Of a stretch of 64,000 nucleotides of DNA, positions 52,601 to 64,000 are shown one piece after another (positions within the stretch are counted from its first letter, which is position 1; the number at the start of each line of letters is the position of its first letter). The notes below the pieces were generated by a model. That model did not search any database. It was not told where the DNA came from and saw only the letters and a program-made list of their open reading frames with translations. The position numbers and the translations under genes were made by a program. The stretch is from NCBI RefSeq assembly GCF_009914755.1, contig NC_060926.1. One strand, given 5' to 3'. This stretch comes from the human T2T-CHM13v2.0 reference genome, Homo sapiens.

Positions 52601-53159
52601 CACGGTGGCTCTGAGAAAGCAGTGCCCTCCAAAGAGGGAAGCTGGGTGCTGGCCTGTCCACCCTGCACACCCTGTGGCTGGGTCCACTGATAGTACAGGG
52701 TGCTAAGAGGAGCGGGGTGGGGATCCCAGCCCTGGCTCAGTCTGGCCTGGGTGTCCTGGCAACCACCAGTTCTCCCCGGGGCTGCAGTTTCTCTATTTGT
52801 CCACAAGAGCCTCAAACTGAGGATCCCCCAAGGTTTTAACTCTGTTTTTAGGAGCTGGTTTGACACTTTCCTAGGAGATTGTCTGAACAAAAAAAGTGCT
52901 CACTGCCTCAGAATGTTTAGTGGAGGGTGGTCTATGTTCTCAAGACGCTCTTGCTGATGAATGCCTCTATGGGTTCACCTGTGGTGCTCCCCCCAAAAAC
53001 AGGATACCAGAATTTCTCAGATCAGGCAAAGAATAAGTATAATCTGGAATGTTTGGAAGGTGGGGGCATGAGGAGCCAGGGCAGGGTGCACACCTGTCTC
53101 TGCTGCCCCGTCAGCCAGCAGAAAAGTGGACAACAACTTCCACCACGCTGGCTCTGTCA

Positions 53160-53625
53160 CTGATAGGTTTTTACATTTTTTTTCATATTTTCCTGATTGT
53201 AAAAACACTACTAATTGTAAAGAAGTTTTCAAACATGTAAAAGTATAAAGAAGAAAACTAAAAATCACTGCTGGTCCTACCATATGGAAACATTATTGAG
53301 ATTTTGATATATTTCCTTTTACTATGTATAGATATATAGATATATCATAAGGAGTCATATCGTATATTGAGTTTTGTATCCTGTTTGCTTAATGATTTAA
53401 TGAGCCTCTTCATTTGAAATATTCTTCAGGAACATGGCTATATAGTATTCCACCATGTGGATGTACCAAGAGTATCCCCTAAGGCTGGACATTCGACTTT
53501 ATTTCAAAGTTTTTCACTATTATAATGAACGCCACAACGTACATAAAAGACACAGTGGATAGACTTCTAATTATTTCCTTACAATAGAGTCCCAGTGGTA
53601 GAACTGTTGGGTCAGAGGCCAGGCG
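53160..53625 (-). mobile_element. Old L1M (L1ME/MC-type) remnant
   Basis: atagtattccaccatgtggatgtacc...tttttcactattataatgaacgcc...tatttccttacaatagagtcccagtggtagaactgttgggtcagagg. Confidence 0.6.
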
Positions 53626-54964
53626 TATAAATGAGTGGTGGGTGAGCACGCATGGATGCAGAAATGCTCGGCCACCTCCCGACCAGCACTGGAGCAGACC
53701 CTGCAGAGTGGCCCCCGCTGCAGAGCCTCTGGGCCTGGCCCTGACTGGGTTTTGGAGGCCCAGACAGAAAAAGAAGACTGACCATAATTTTTAATGAAAG
53801 GGTAAAGAACCAGATTCAGGAAAGGGAACAGTTGCCAGTCCTTTCCCTCCTAAATAATTAAGAGGGGGAGACACACTGCAGCCTGGAGGCCTCTGCCCCC
53901 AGGACCCACCAGTCTAGGCTGACCTCCCCTCACTCACTCAAGGGCATCTGGCACACCCACCACCAGTGGAGGCAGGCAGGGAGGAGCCAGCATTGGAGCA
54001 CAGCTTCTCTGGGACCAGCCACCCTCCTTGGCTGCCCTGCCCTGCTCACAGCCAGGCCCTCTTCAGAGGGAGGTAGAGCTCCTGGTTCCCGCTGCCTACA
54101 TCAGATTTACATGCTGAAGGTTGAACTGCTCTTTTGGTTATGGACGTTCTGCAAAAACAGACATTTACATTAAAAAAGCACTCACTGGCAGATGGTGTTA
54201 TTGTTACGTTTTCTTTTCTGAAACTCTATGGTCAGAACACATTCATTCTGATGCAAGGGGCCTTGGGCTCAGCTCAGCCTTGGGTGGGTGCGGAAAAGCC
54301 TGGGGAGGCTTCCTGGAAGAGGTGAGAAGTGATCAGCCCATGTGTTGGGTCTTTTAACCTGCTGCTGCTCTCTCGTGACCTGAGCCTGGGGAGGGAGACC
54401 CTTGCTTCACACTAATGGCCCCTGTGCTGGAAATGAATGGAAGCAGTGAGTCCATAGCAAGCATAGCTGGGCCAACTCTCATTTTTCCAAGTTAATATTT
54501 GTAAGAAAAACTCTAGCTGTGTTCAGGGAAATCAAAGAGGGGAAGCGCAGCTGTAAGATAAGTCATGAGCTGTTTCTCCCAACACCTCTCCCAGAATCTA
54601 ACAGTTTGGATAAAATCCTGGAGAGACTTTTTTCCCTGTGTAAATCACAGAAGGAAATCCACAAAGATGTCCAAGTGAGACTGTGAACTCTGGTAGGGTA
54701 GCATGTGGCGCCCTGTCTAGGCAGCCTCTCAGCCTTTCCTTAGGGTTCCCTGATGGCAGATGGCGCATTGCAGATTGCGCTGAGATGCTCGGACGCTCTC
54801 ACAGCCTTTCACACATGTGAACCAACGTTCATTCGCAGGAAAATCTTATGAAATAGGTAGGTTGTGTTGTCCCTGTCTTACAGGTAATGAAATGGAGGAT
54901 TAAAGAGTTTGGGATAATTGTCAAAGCTCAAATAGCCAATAAGTGATGAAAAAGGAACACAATC

Positions 54965-55409
<445 letters not shown>

Positions 55410-56599
55410 TTAAAAGCACAAATCCAAAGATCCTCACTCTTCAATGGTTTTGTCAAAGATCTACAAACAAGAGATCTGCAGACAATCCCAGTGTTGTTCT
55501 AGGATAAGGAGAGAGCTACAGAGATGCCAAGGACAGGAGGGCTCACTGTGCACTTGTCTTACCCTTGCCAGGGACATCTGCACCAGCGATCAATTGAACT
55601 GAACAAAATCTGGTGGCTCTGCGTCACTGAAGGTCACTCACTGTCACTTGTAAGTCCCCAGTCCAGCCCTGCAGAGGCCGCAAACTGCTGTACACCCCTA
55701 GCTTCAACCACTTGACTGTGTGCACGAGTCCAACAACAGAGACACATTCCAGTTTTGGGAAAATACATCTGAAGTTTTACATGATGTATTCTTATCTGAA
55801 ACTCTGTGGCCAACGTAAAAGGGCTACGTAAGCAAAAATGATCACGCACTACAAACTGTTAAACTGTTCATAGCAACTATGAGAAAAGAATTCAATTTGC
55901 TTTCAAGAGCCCTTCAAAATCTGTTTCTAGGATGCCTAGAGCCGACGTTCTAAAATTCAAGAAGATTCGAATTGTAAAAACTGCACAAGGACATTTAAAA
56001 AAATTGAGCTTTCTATTTGAAAGTGGATTCACGTGCACTTGTAAGAGATAATACAGAGAGATCCCATGTCCCCGTTACCCAATGTACCCCAATGGTTTCG
56101 TCTGGTAAAATTACAGGATGATGGCACCTGCACAGTAGTCAGGTGTGGACAGCAATATAGTCAAGACAGAAGACAATTACAAGAGGGGTTTTAGAGACTC
56201 CGTTTTATAAAACTCCATGATCTGCAAGAGCCAGGAGCCCTTTCAACAGAAGAATGAACCTGAGAGCACTGCAGAATGTTGCGGCCAATTCTGGGCAATT
56301 CCCAGGCTATGGGTATCACAGGACTGCCTGGCCTGGGGCCTGCAACCTGCAAAGAGGGACCCTTCCATCTGTAGACTCTGCCTTCTTGTGGGAAGATAAG
56401 GCAGAAAGAGGAAAGTGTGAGCTGGCTGGAGAGACACCCACACACTCAGAAGCAGATGACCATAGACTGAGGAGCCAGTAGGGTCGGCTCTGGCTGGAGC
56501 ATGGGCCAATCCTGGACTCACTTCTTGGACCATTTTCCTCAACCATCAGCTGAGGCAGCTGAGCCTGGCACTGTCCAGGACTATGGCCTCTGTGGCTGC

Positions 56600-56720
56600 T
56601 GAGCCTGAACTGTGGCCACTGCCCCTGAAGCACTGAGTTTCTCATGTTAATGAATTCTACTTAATTTAAATTTAAACAGACACGTATGGCTGTGGCTACC
56701 CCACTGGGCAGCACAGAAGA
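56600..56720. mobile_element. MER3/MER33-like hAT-Charlie remnant
   Basis: ttaatttaaatttaaacagacacgtatggctgtggctaccccactgggcagcacag terminal motif. Confidence 0.65.
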
Positions 56721-57767
56721 TAGTCTTTCAGATCCCTCCCACCTCCTGAAATGTTCTAATTAAAAACATCCAGGCTTGTATAGATGGGGCACGTTTTTTA
56801 TTTACTCCTGGGGAAACTGAGACTCTGAGAGATCCAGGACTTTTCTGAGGTCCACCGGTGACCTGTGCTACAGCCAGAAGCCCCTGCCAGGTCATCTGGA
56901 CTCCAGTTCAAGTCTCAGTCTCTGCCACATGATGCCACGGCTCCAAAGCAGTCCCACTAACAGGGAACTGTGACGAAAAGGGATCAGGTCATGGAGCTGT
57001 TCATCTTTCCCTAAACTGAAGAGGAAACCCAAAATATGAGAAATAAAAGTCCCTACTCTAAGAGGAAATCAGGTACTTTGGGGGAAAAAAACCCCAACAA
57101 ACTCCAAAAGCCCAACCAAACCACAGTCACCAGTGACTGAAATGAGGATAATCTTTTAACAACAAAGGGCAGCTGTTTAAAGAACTAGGTTTCTCTGAGC
57201 AAATGGAGCAGCAAATAGCACTCCAATTCCAGAAAGAAGAAGTGCTGAAGGCGTGTCCACAGGAGAGCATCCCAGTGCTGGAATCCACACTCTCCGTTAC
57301 GCCACACTCAGTGCTCACTAAGTGACAGCAGGCAGCAGCCCTTGGCTTGCTTCTACCCAGAGAGCTGAGGTTCCTAATCAGAAGACCTTCCAGAGAGCCA
57401 CAGACCCCAAATGTTTGGAAATAATTCCACAAACCGTGTAGCATGACAAAAACATACTTAATAACAGCACGTCTGGAATAAGGAACAGTTCATTCATTCT
57501 AATTAAATCCTATAAAGTTCAGCTTAACATTTAAATTTTTTTTAATGATCTAAGACTCTCTTCAATAGCACAACCTGCCTCTTTTACATGAACATTCTAA
57601 AAACTTACTTTAATATTCCTCCAAACATTTTTTAACTATGCCACCCACTTAGAAAAGTGTGTGTGCACGCAAGCATGTGTGTGTCTGTGTGTGTGTGTGA
57701 AGGGTACTGGTATTTATTTTTTGAGTGTCCAAAGTGTCATGATTATATCTTTTAATGACAACAAATG

Positions 57768-58053
57768 GGCCAGGCGCGGTGGCTCACGACTGTAATCCCA
57801 GCACTTTGGGAGGCCGAGGCAGGCGGATCATGAGGTCAGGAGATCGAGACCATCCTGGCTAACATGGTGAAACCCCATCTCTACTAAAAATACAAAAACA
57901 AAATTAGCTGGGCGTGGTGGTGGGTGCCTGTAGTCCCAGCTACTCGGGAGGCTGAGGCAGGAGAATGGCATGAACCCGGGAGGCCGAGGTCACGCCACTG
58001 CACTCCAGCCTGGGAGACAGAGCGAGATTTCGTCTCAAAAAAAAAAAAAAAAA
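57768..58053 (+). mobile_element. AluY with a small right-arm deletion
   Basis: Y diagnostics; gggaggccgaggtcacgcc lacks the ggagcttgcagtgag segment. Confidence 0.9.
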
Positions 58054-59510
58054 GATAATAAATGACCCAGTTGTTCCCAGATACAGGTCTTTTGGGGAGA
58101 GAAAAACATTACAGACAGGAAGATCCTTAGAAGGTTTTTACCCCATCAGGATTTTCTCCTCCTGGGCTCTACTGGCTTTGGGTCTTTTCCTCTTACCTTT
58201 GGGTGTCTGTATGCCTCCTTCCTTCTCATTTGGGTGACTGCTGCAGTGGGAGAGCTGGGCACCTTCCCTGGGTGTGTAGTAATTGGGGTTTGATGTAGGA
58301 GAGGTGTGACTGCTCTGTGCATTGATGTGGTGGTGGGGGGCTGGGGTTTTAGCACATCACAGGAAATTCAAGATGGGCCTTTTGATGTGCAGCACCCTCT
58401 CCTCCCCTCCTGCATCATGTACTCTCCCTCCACCTTTCCCTTCTGTGCTCCCCCCTCTCCCCCCAGGCAAAGAAGTATTTCCTGAAAACTGGAAAAACCA
58501 GGTACTATCAACGTCAAATCAGTGCCAATTAAATTCGGTTATAAAATTCAGGCCTTGTCCCTCATCTTTGAGTGACACCTTCCCTTTTACAACTGGGGCT
58601 GTTAATACCACAATTAAAACATTCAATATCACCATATCCTTGGATCTAAAGCAGTTTATAGCCTTGGAGTTCTGTTAAGAAAGTCATTAACACCTCAAGG
58701 TGTTTTGATAAGACCAACTTTGAAGCAAGCCTCTCCTCCTGGTCTTTTATTGCCCCTGTCATCTTAAGTATCAAATTTCAAGAATGCAAAGACCTGTCTG
58801 CCTTGCATGTTGTTGCCTACTCAAGTTCCGTCTTTGTCATTTCTATTATCAATATTTTAAAGTCAGATGATCTTTGCAATTAACACATGAACTTTGGGTG
58901 AAGGGTTTAGATTTACTATGCTGAGACTGGCATTAAGTCCCTTCAAAGCCTTAAGAAATGCAGTGGCATTGGAGGCCAGCCGCAGGCAGAGCTCCTCTGG
59001 AGTGACTCCTCACAGGGCACAGGAAGGCCTATGCCTCATATCGCGGGCCCCGGTGCAGTTATGTGGGGTCAGAGCCTGTGGTCTCAGCCATACCCTGTGC
59101 TCTTTCAACCTGAAGACTATGAGGAAGAGGTCATCTTCTGTCTGGACAATAGTCATCAGAGAGTTCTACGGTGCCCAAGTGCATTCAAATAGTAAGGAAA
59201 CCCTACTGTCTTCAGGAACACTACTGTGTTTGGCTATAGGGGTTCTGAGAAAATGAGCTTCAGCTGTGTTGGCTCTGCCTGTAGAGAAGGGCTTCCCAAG
59301 CTACTGAGCCCACATGGCCTGCTGGCAGAGGCCAAGTGCCAGCCCTGGAAGGGAGCACAGTGGAGGGAGGATTGATTGCCTGGGGACCACTATTCTTGGC
59401 TAAACTGCTGAGTAGGACAAACAACTCCACAAACATGATGAAGTGAAAGGGAGACAGAGAGGGACCCTCTTTACTGGGGTTTGTCCCAAAGACCAGCCAA
59501 TTGTGCATGG

Positions 59511-59808
59511 GTTTGTTTGTTTGTTTGAGATGGAGTCTCACTCTGTTGCCCAGGCTGGAGTGCTGTGGCACAGTCTTGGCCCACTGAAACCTCTGCTTCC
59601 CAGGTTCAAGCAATTCTTCTGCCTCAGCCTCCCAAGTAGCTGGGATTACAGGCACCCGCTACCATGCCAGGCTAATTTTTGTATTTTTAGTAGAGACGGA
59701 GTTTTGTCATGTTGGTTAGGCTGGTTTTGAACTCCTGCCCTCAACTGATCCACCTGCCTTGGCCTCCCAAAGTGCTCAGATTACAGGCATGAGCCACTGC
59801 ACCCGGCC
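59511..59808 (-). mobile_element. Alu (S-type)
   Basis: (TTTG)n tail and full antisense body. Confidence 0.92.
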
Positions 59809-60744
59809 AAATTATGTTTTTGAGATCAAGTCCCTGGGATAATCAGTTGCAGGTTCATATTTCACAGGGAAAAACAGGAAAAAAACATGAAGAATATCAA
59901 AGGCTAGAATTTTTTTTACTTCAATAGTTCATGTTCTCCCTGAGGCTGCAGCAAATGTGCTGTAGAAAATGGTTTGAGGGCTTGTGGGCTAAGAGCAGGA
60001 GCAGAAGAAGGGGAAGCCTGCTGTTCTCCAGGCCTTTAAAGTTCGTGTTTACGGGTCTCCTACTTGTCTTTTTATCCTTTTTTTATTATCAAAGAGGTTT
60101 ACAACAGTCTTGTGCACAACAAGTGACTTCCTAATTTTTCTGCCAAGACGGGGTGGCTATAAAACTTGAAAGAGCAGGGGGCTGTCCATGCCTGACAGAG
60201 TGTGTCTTTGTAGGAAAATGTAAGGTGATTTTGATCCTTTAATTGCTTCAATTTTACTTCATAAACCAATTTCTTTTCCCCTTATCCCTCAAAGCTTCCA
60301 ATAACACAGTCTATTGGGAAAAACTAGACGGTGGATTTCTGCTTGTTTGAGAGCTTCATATGTGGATATTTTTTAAAAGGAAAGTAAGAACCCACCAAGA
60401 TAAATTTCTCTTCAGGTAACAATGTTATTGAGAGCAGTGACTTCACAGAAACAAAAGATGGAAAACCCTCAAGATTAGTGAGTCTAAGACCTGTCAAATC
60501 CGGCTTTGCGGAGCTGGAGGGCCCCAGCCACAGGGGTAGAAAACAGCTCATGCACACAGAACAGGACGCGTGGAGAGATCATAGAGAGATGTGTTATTGA
60601 GCATAGGACATGCGCCCACTGTCCCAAGAATGCCTCAGTCCCAGGCCCTGGGATGGAGCTGAGTGCTGCACAGGGATAATATCACCTGATTTTCACAGCC
60701 ACCACCTGGGGAAGGCGCCGTCATTGTTCTCACTTTAGTGGAAA

Positions 60745-60890
60745 CTGTCTCTTCTCAAAGTGGGGTCCACATACCAGCTGCATCAGCATCGCCAGAGAGC
60801 CTGTTGGAAATGAAGAACCTGGAGCCCCCTAGATCTACTAAATCAGAGCTGACCCAGACATACTTCAACATTTAAGATGGAATGGTTTAG
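60745..60890. mobile_element. MER5A remnant
   Basis: ttctcaaagtggggtcc...catcagcatc...tgttggaaatg...ctactaatcagagc. Confidence 0.65.
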
Positions 60891-63859
60891 CTCATAGGTC
60901 TTCAAGCCTTTTTTTGTTTTTTGGATTATGCATCCCTATAGAAAAATAATTGTACATGCATCCTTTTGACTGTTGAAGTTTTGCAAACCAGGGATGTAGC
61001 ATTTTCTGTTCATTATGGGGAGGTTTGTCCCCAGCAGTTCTAACCAGGATGAGGTAACACAGATCCCACAGAAATATTCTGGCTTGTTGAGAATTGGAGC
61101 AGAAGGGTGGTAGGCATACTCAGAGGGCAAGCCAAGGCTGCATGGGTGACCAGTCTGTCTGTGGCGCCTCCTGATCACAGGCATGGTGTTCTCTTTTCTT
61201 CCTAGCTACCAGGGAAGAAGTGAGCTGGCACCTTCTTCTGCACTGCTGTGCACAGAATTTGCCCCCTTTACTCTGGGTAGCCCTGGGTTAAAGCTTGATG
61301 CTGATACAAAAAGCCATCGAACACTAGGAAATAAGGTCATGTGGAAGGAAACTAGCTTTCCAGGGACTCAGGCCTGCCTGAGATGATGTCATCTCCAGGG
61401 GCGTGTACCTGAGCTTCACTCTGCTATGCACTATTTGGCCAAAGCCCAGTCACGGTAGGGTTACATGTTAGCTTGCAGATTTTAGCCTGATAAAAAAGAC
61501 AACCACAAAGATTGTAAGACTTCACTGCTCTGTGGGACCTTAAGCAGTTTTGTTATCCTAACTTATTCCATTCCTCAGAAGCTCCCGGAATCAGCAAGGC
61601 CACCTCAAGGGATCCCTCATTAAGGAGCTGAATGAGTCCCTGATGCACAGTCAGTTTACGTTGTGTGACAGTCATGGTTTTAGCTCCTTGAGAATTGGAT
61701 TCAACAAGGGTGATGAAGAAAGAAGGCACCTCTGCTCTATGGCTGGTCTTGATCTCTAGCAGCTGAACCCTGGCTTTGACAACCTTCTTTTTTTTTTTCC
61801 TGCTCTTCTCTCTGCCCTCAGCTCCAACCTCCACCCCACCTATTTTTAGATATGCACTTTGATTCTGTCTTTCCAAGACCTTATTTGAAATTACCCACTT
61901 TCTTGGTCTTGTTCTTGCTGCTATTGATCTGTATGTGCTGGCTAAGTTCGGATGGTTGTATCTCCGGTGAGAGGAGAACGATTAATGAACTCACGAATCA
62001 AGCATTTTTCAAATGTTTATGGGGCCAGACACCATGCCAGGCCTCCAAAGGCATACAGGTCCTGGCCCCGAGGACTCAGTGAGGATGTTGGCATGAAGCA
62101 GACCTTTATATGCTATTCAGGGAGGGCTGTAAAATGGGGGTCATTCTGTTTCAATTTCATTTTTATTCCCTTTATTTCTCAAACTAATTTTTCATTAAGT
62201 ACAGGAATTTTGCTTTGGGTCATTTAAAGAAAAGATATTTATTAAGTGCTTACTAAAGGCACAGCACCATCTCAGTGCTGAAAGAAATATAAAAGAAGTG
62301 AAAGGAGTGTGAGCTGCAGTCCCAGGGGCTTCAGCAGCTAGCTGGAAAGACAGAAACATGTAAAAGAAGAAAACCCAAAATATTAATAACAACGCAAGGC
62401 AGTGTGCAATGAAGAGCTAACTTGTGCAGGTATCCAAAAAGGGGTGAAAGAATCACTGAGTTAGAGAAGGCTTCAGGAGAATCCAGAGTTCAATCTGGGT
62501 CATAAGAACATACAACTCAGATTTCTTTAAACACAGTTAAAAGTGGGGAAATTGCTAATGGAGGGTCTAGCCAGCCCAGCACAGGCTTTGGTGACGTCTG
62601 AGCCTTGGCTATCTGGATGACGTGATGAGTCTGGCTAAGAAGACACTTTCCCCTGTGGAAAATGACGGATGGGTAGTGTGGCCTCATCCTGCAGAATCTT
62701 GCTGCTTGAGCTTTGCACTGAGAGGGGAGCATCGCCTGGGAGCTCCTCAGAGCTGGAAAATCTCAGGCCCCTACCCGAGGCCCAGTGGGTCAGAATCTAC
62801 ATTTTTAGCAGAACCCCAGGTGGTACGCATTTGAGTTAAAGAAGCTTCTTTACGACACCAGGAGACATGAGATGTTTGGAGTCAGTGACAGGATGCAGGA
62901 AATATTTCAGGACTATTAATCTGCAAATGGTGTGTAAAGGTTAGCAAGAAGAGAACCTGGGAGCCCAGAGTTCACCTAGGAGTCTGTTTCAGAGGCTGAG
63001 ATATGAAGTGAGGAGGATCCTGACATTGCCTTGGTTATACTGAGACACAAGGAGGGCAGGACACTGAGTGGAGATGGTCTGGGAGCTGGGGCCTCTGGAC
63101 GGTGCCCAGGGAGCCTGACTGGGCAGGGAGGTGGACAGGATTGCAGGCAGGCCACACAGAGAATAACCAGGGTGGGGCAGGGGACCAAGGTCTAAGGTTG
63201 TGGGAATACTTCACTTCCTTCCTGCTCAGGGGATGGGAAGAGGGCCCTTTGGAGAAGACAGAAAAACCATAAGGTAGAAAGAATAAAAGCTAAGATGATG
63301 GTTTTTTAAAAGCTATTTTACTAGAATTTCCATAAGCCTGGAATTTTACACCCTGAAGATAAGTTCGGAAAATACACTTTAATTTGTTTGTGGTGCCAAT
63401 AAAAGCAGGCTCACTAAACAAATGTTTAACCTGGGGAATAGTCTACAGGACTGAACAAATACAAGTGATAGATTTGCTAATTCTTTTCTTTCCCTGTGGA
63501 AATAACTACCGTTCAGCAAAACAACCTAATTTGTGGAAGACTTCCAAAGATCACAGAAGGATCTGGATTGATGCTGTGTCCTGCTGTGGACCTGAGGGGA
63601 CAGGGGATGATGCTGGTGGTGGGGAAATCACAGGGTCCGGCGAGACCGTGCTCACTGGGGGATTCTTCACCCCCTCCGACTCAGTCCTGGTGCCTGGACC
63701 ACATCCTGGGCAGGCGGTCAGACCCTGATGGTGCTGGCTACATGTTTTCCGTCTCCAACTGGATTCCTTGTTCCATGAGGGTGGGAATCATCTTTATATT
63801 TTTATATCTTTATATTTCTGCGCCTTTCTTCCAGCATCTAGAAACTGGCTCTGAGGAGT

Positions 63860-64000
63860 TCAAAGAGTGGTCCCTGGGATGCACTGCATTACCCAGGAGC
63901 TCGTTAGAAATGCCAAATTTCAGGCCGCACCCGAGACCTCCAGTATCAAAATCTTCATTGTAACAAGACCCCCAGGTGATTTGCGTGCAAATCACATTTT
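63860..64000. mobile_element. MER5A remnant
   Basis: gtggtccctgg...ggagctcgttagaaatgc...taacaagacccccaggtgattt. Confidence 0.7.

Overview
Human (primate) genomic DNA lying wholly inside the EDAR gene (ectodysplasin A receptor, TNF-receptor superfamily), which is transcribed on the minus strand. Nine exons (exons 2-10 in the standard numbering, encoding residues 1-321) map with exact AG/GT boundaries between 23613 and 419. Non-coding exon 1 and the death-domain exons 11-12 lie outside the window, so ~23614-64000 is intron 1. The rest is ordinary intronic repeat content: about 20 Alus, a full-length MaLR (MST-type) LTR-int-LTR element, L1, L2, MIR and MER5 remnants, and microsatellites. Almost all ORFs in the supplied track are spurious. 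The most notable observations are: (1) a ~143-bp ancient mitochondrial ND5 fragment (NUMT) inserted inside an AluY, which itself sits in the target-site duplication of an older Alu; (2) a 96-nt in-frame, stop-free intron 7; (3) a recursive-splice-like CAG|GTGAGC junction at the start of the ATG exon; (4) a sense-oriented MaLR LTR with a DUX-type motif and intact splice donors upstream of the ATG exon; (5) two dispersed local duplications and a perfect 54-bp tandem duplication. I found no convincing evidence of a wholly new biological system. Repeat subfamily calls and comparisons with reference sequences are from recall, not from searches.
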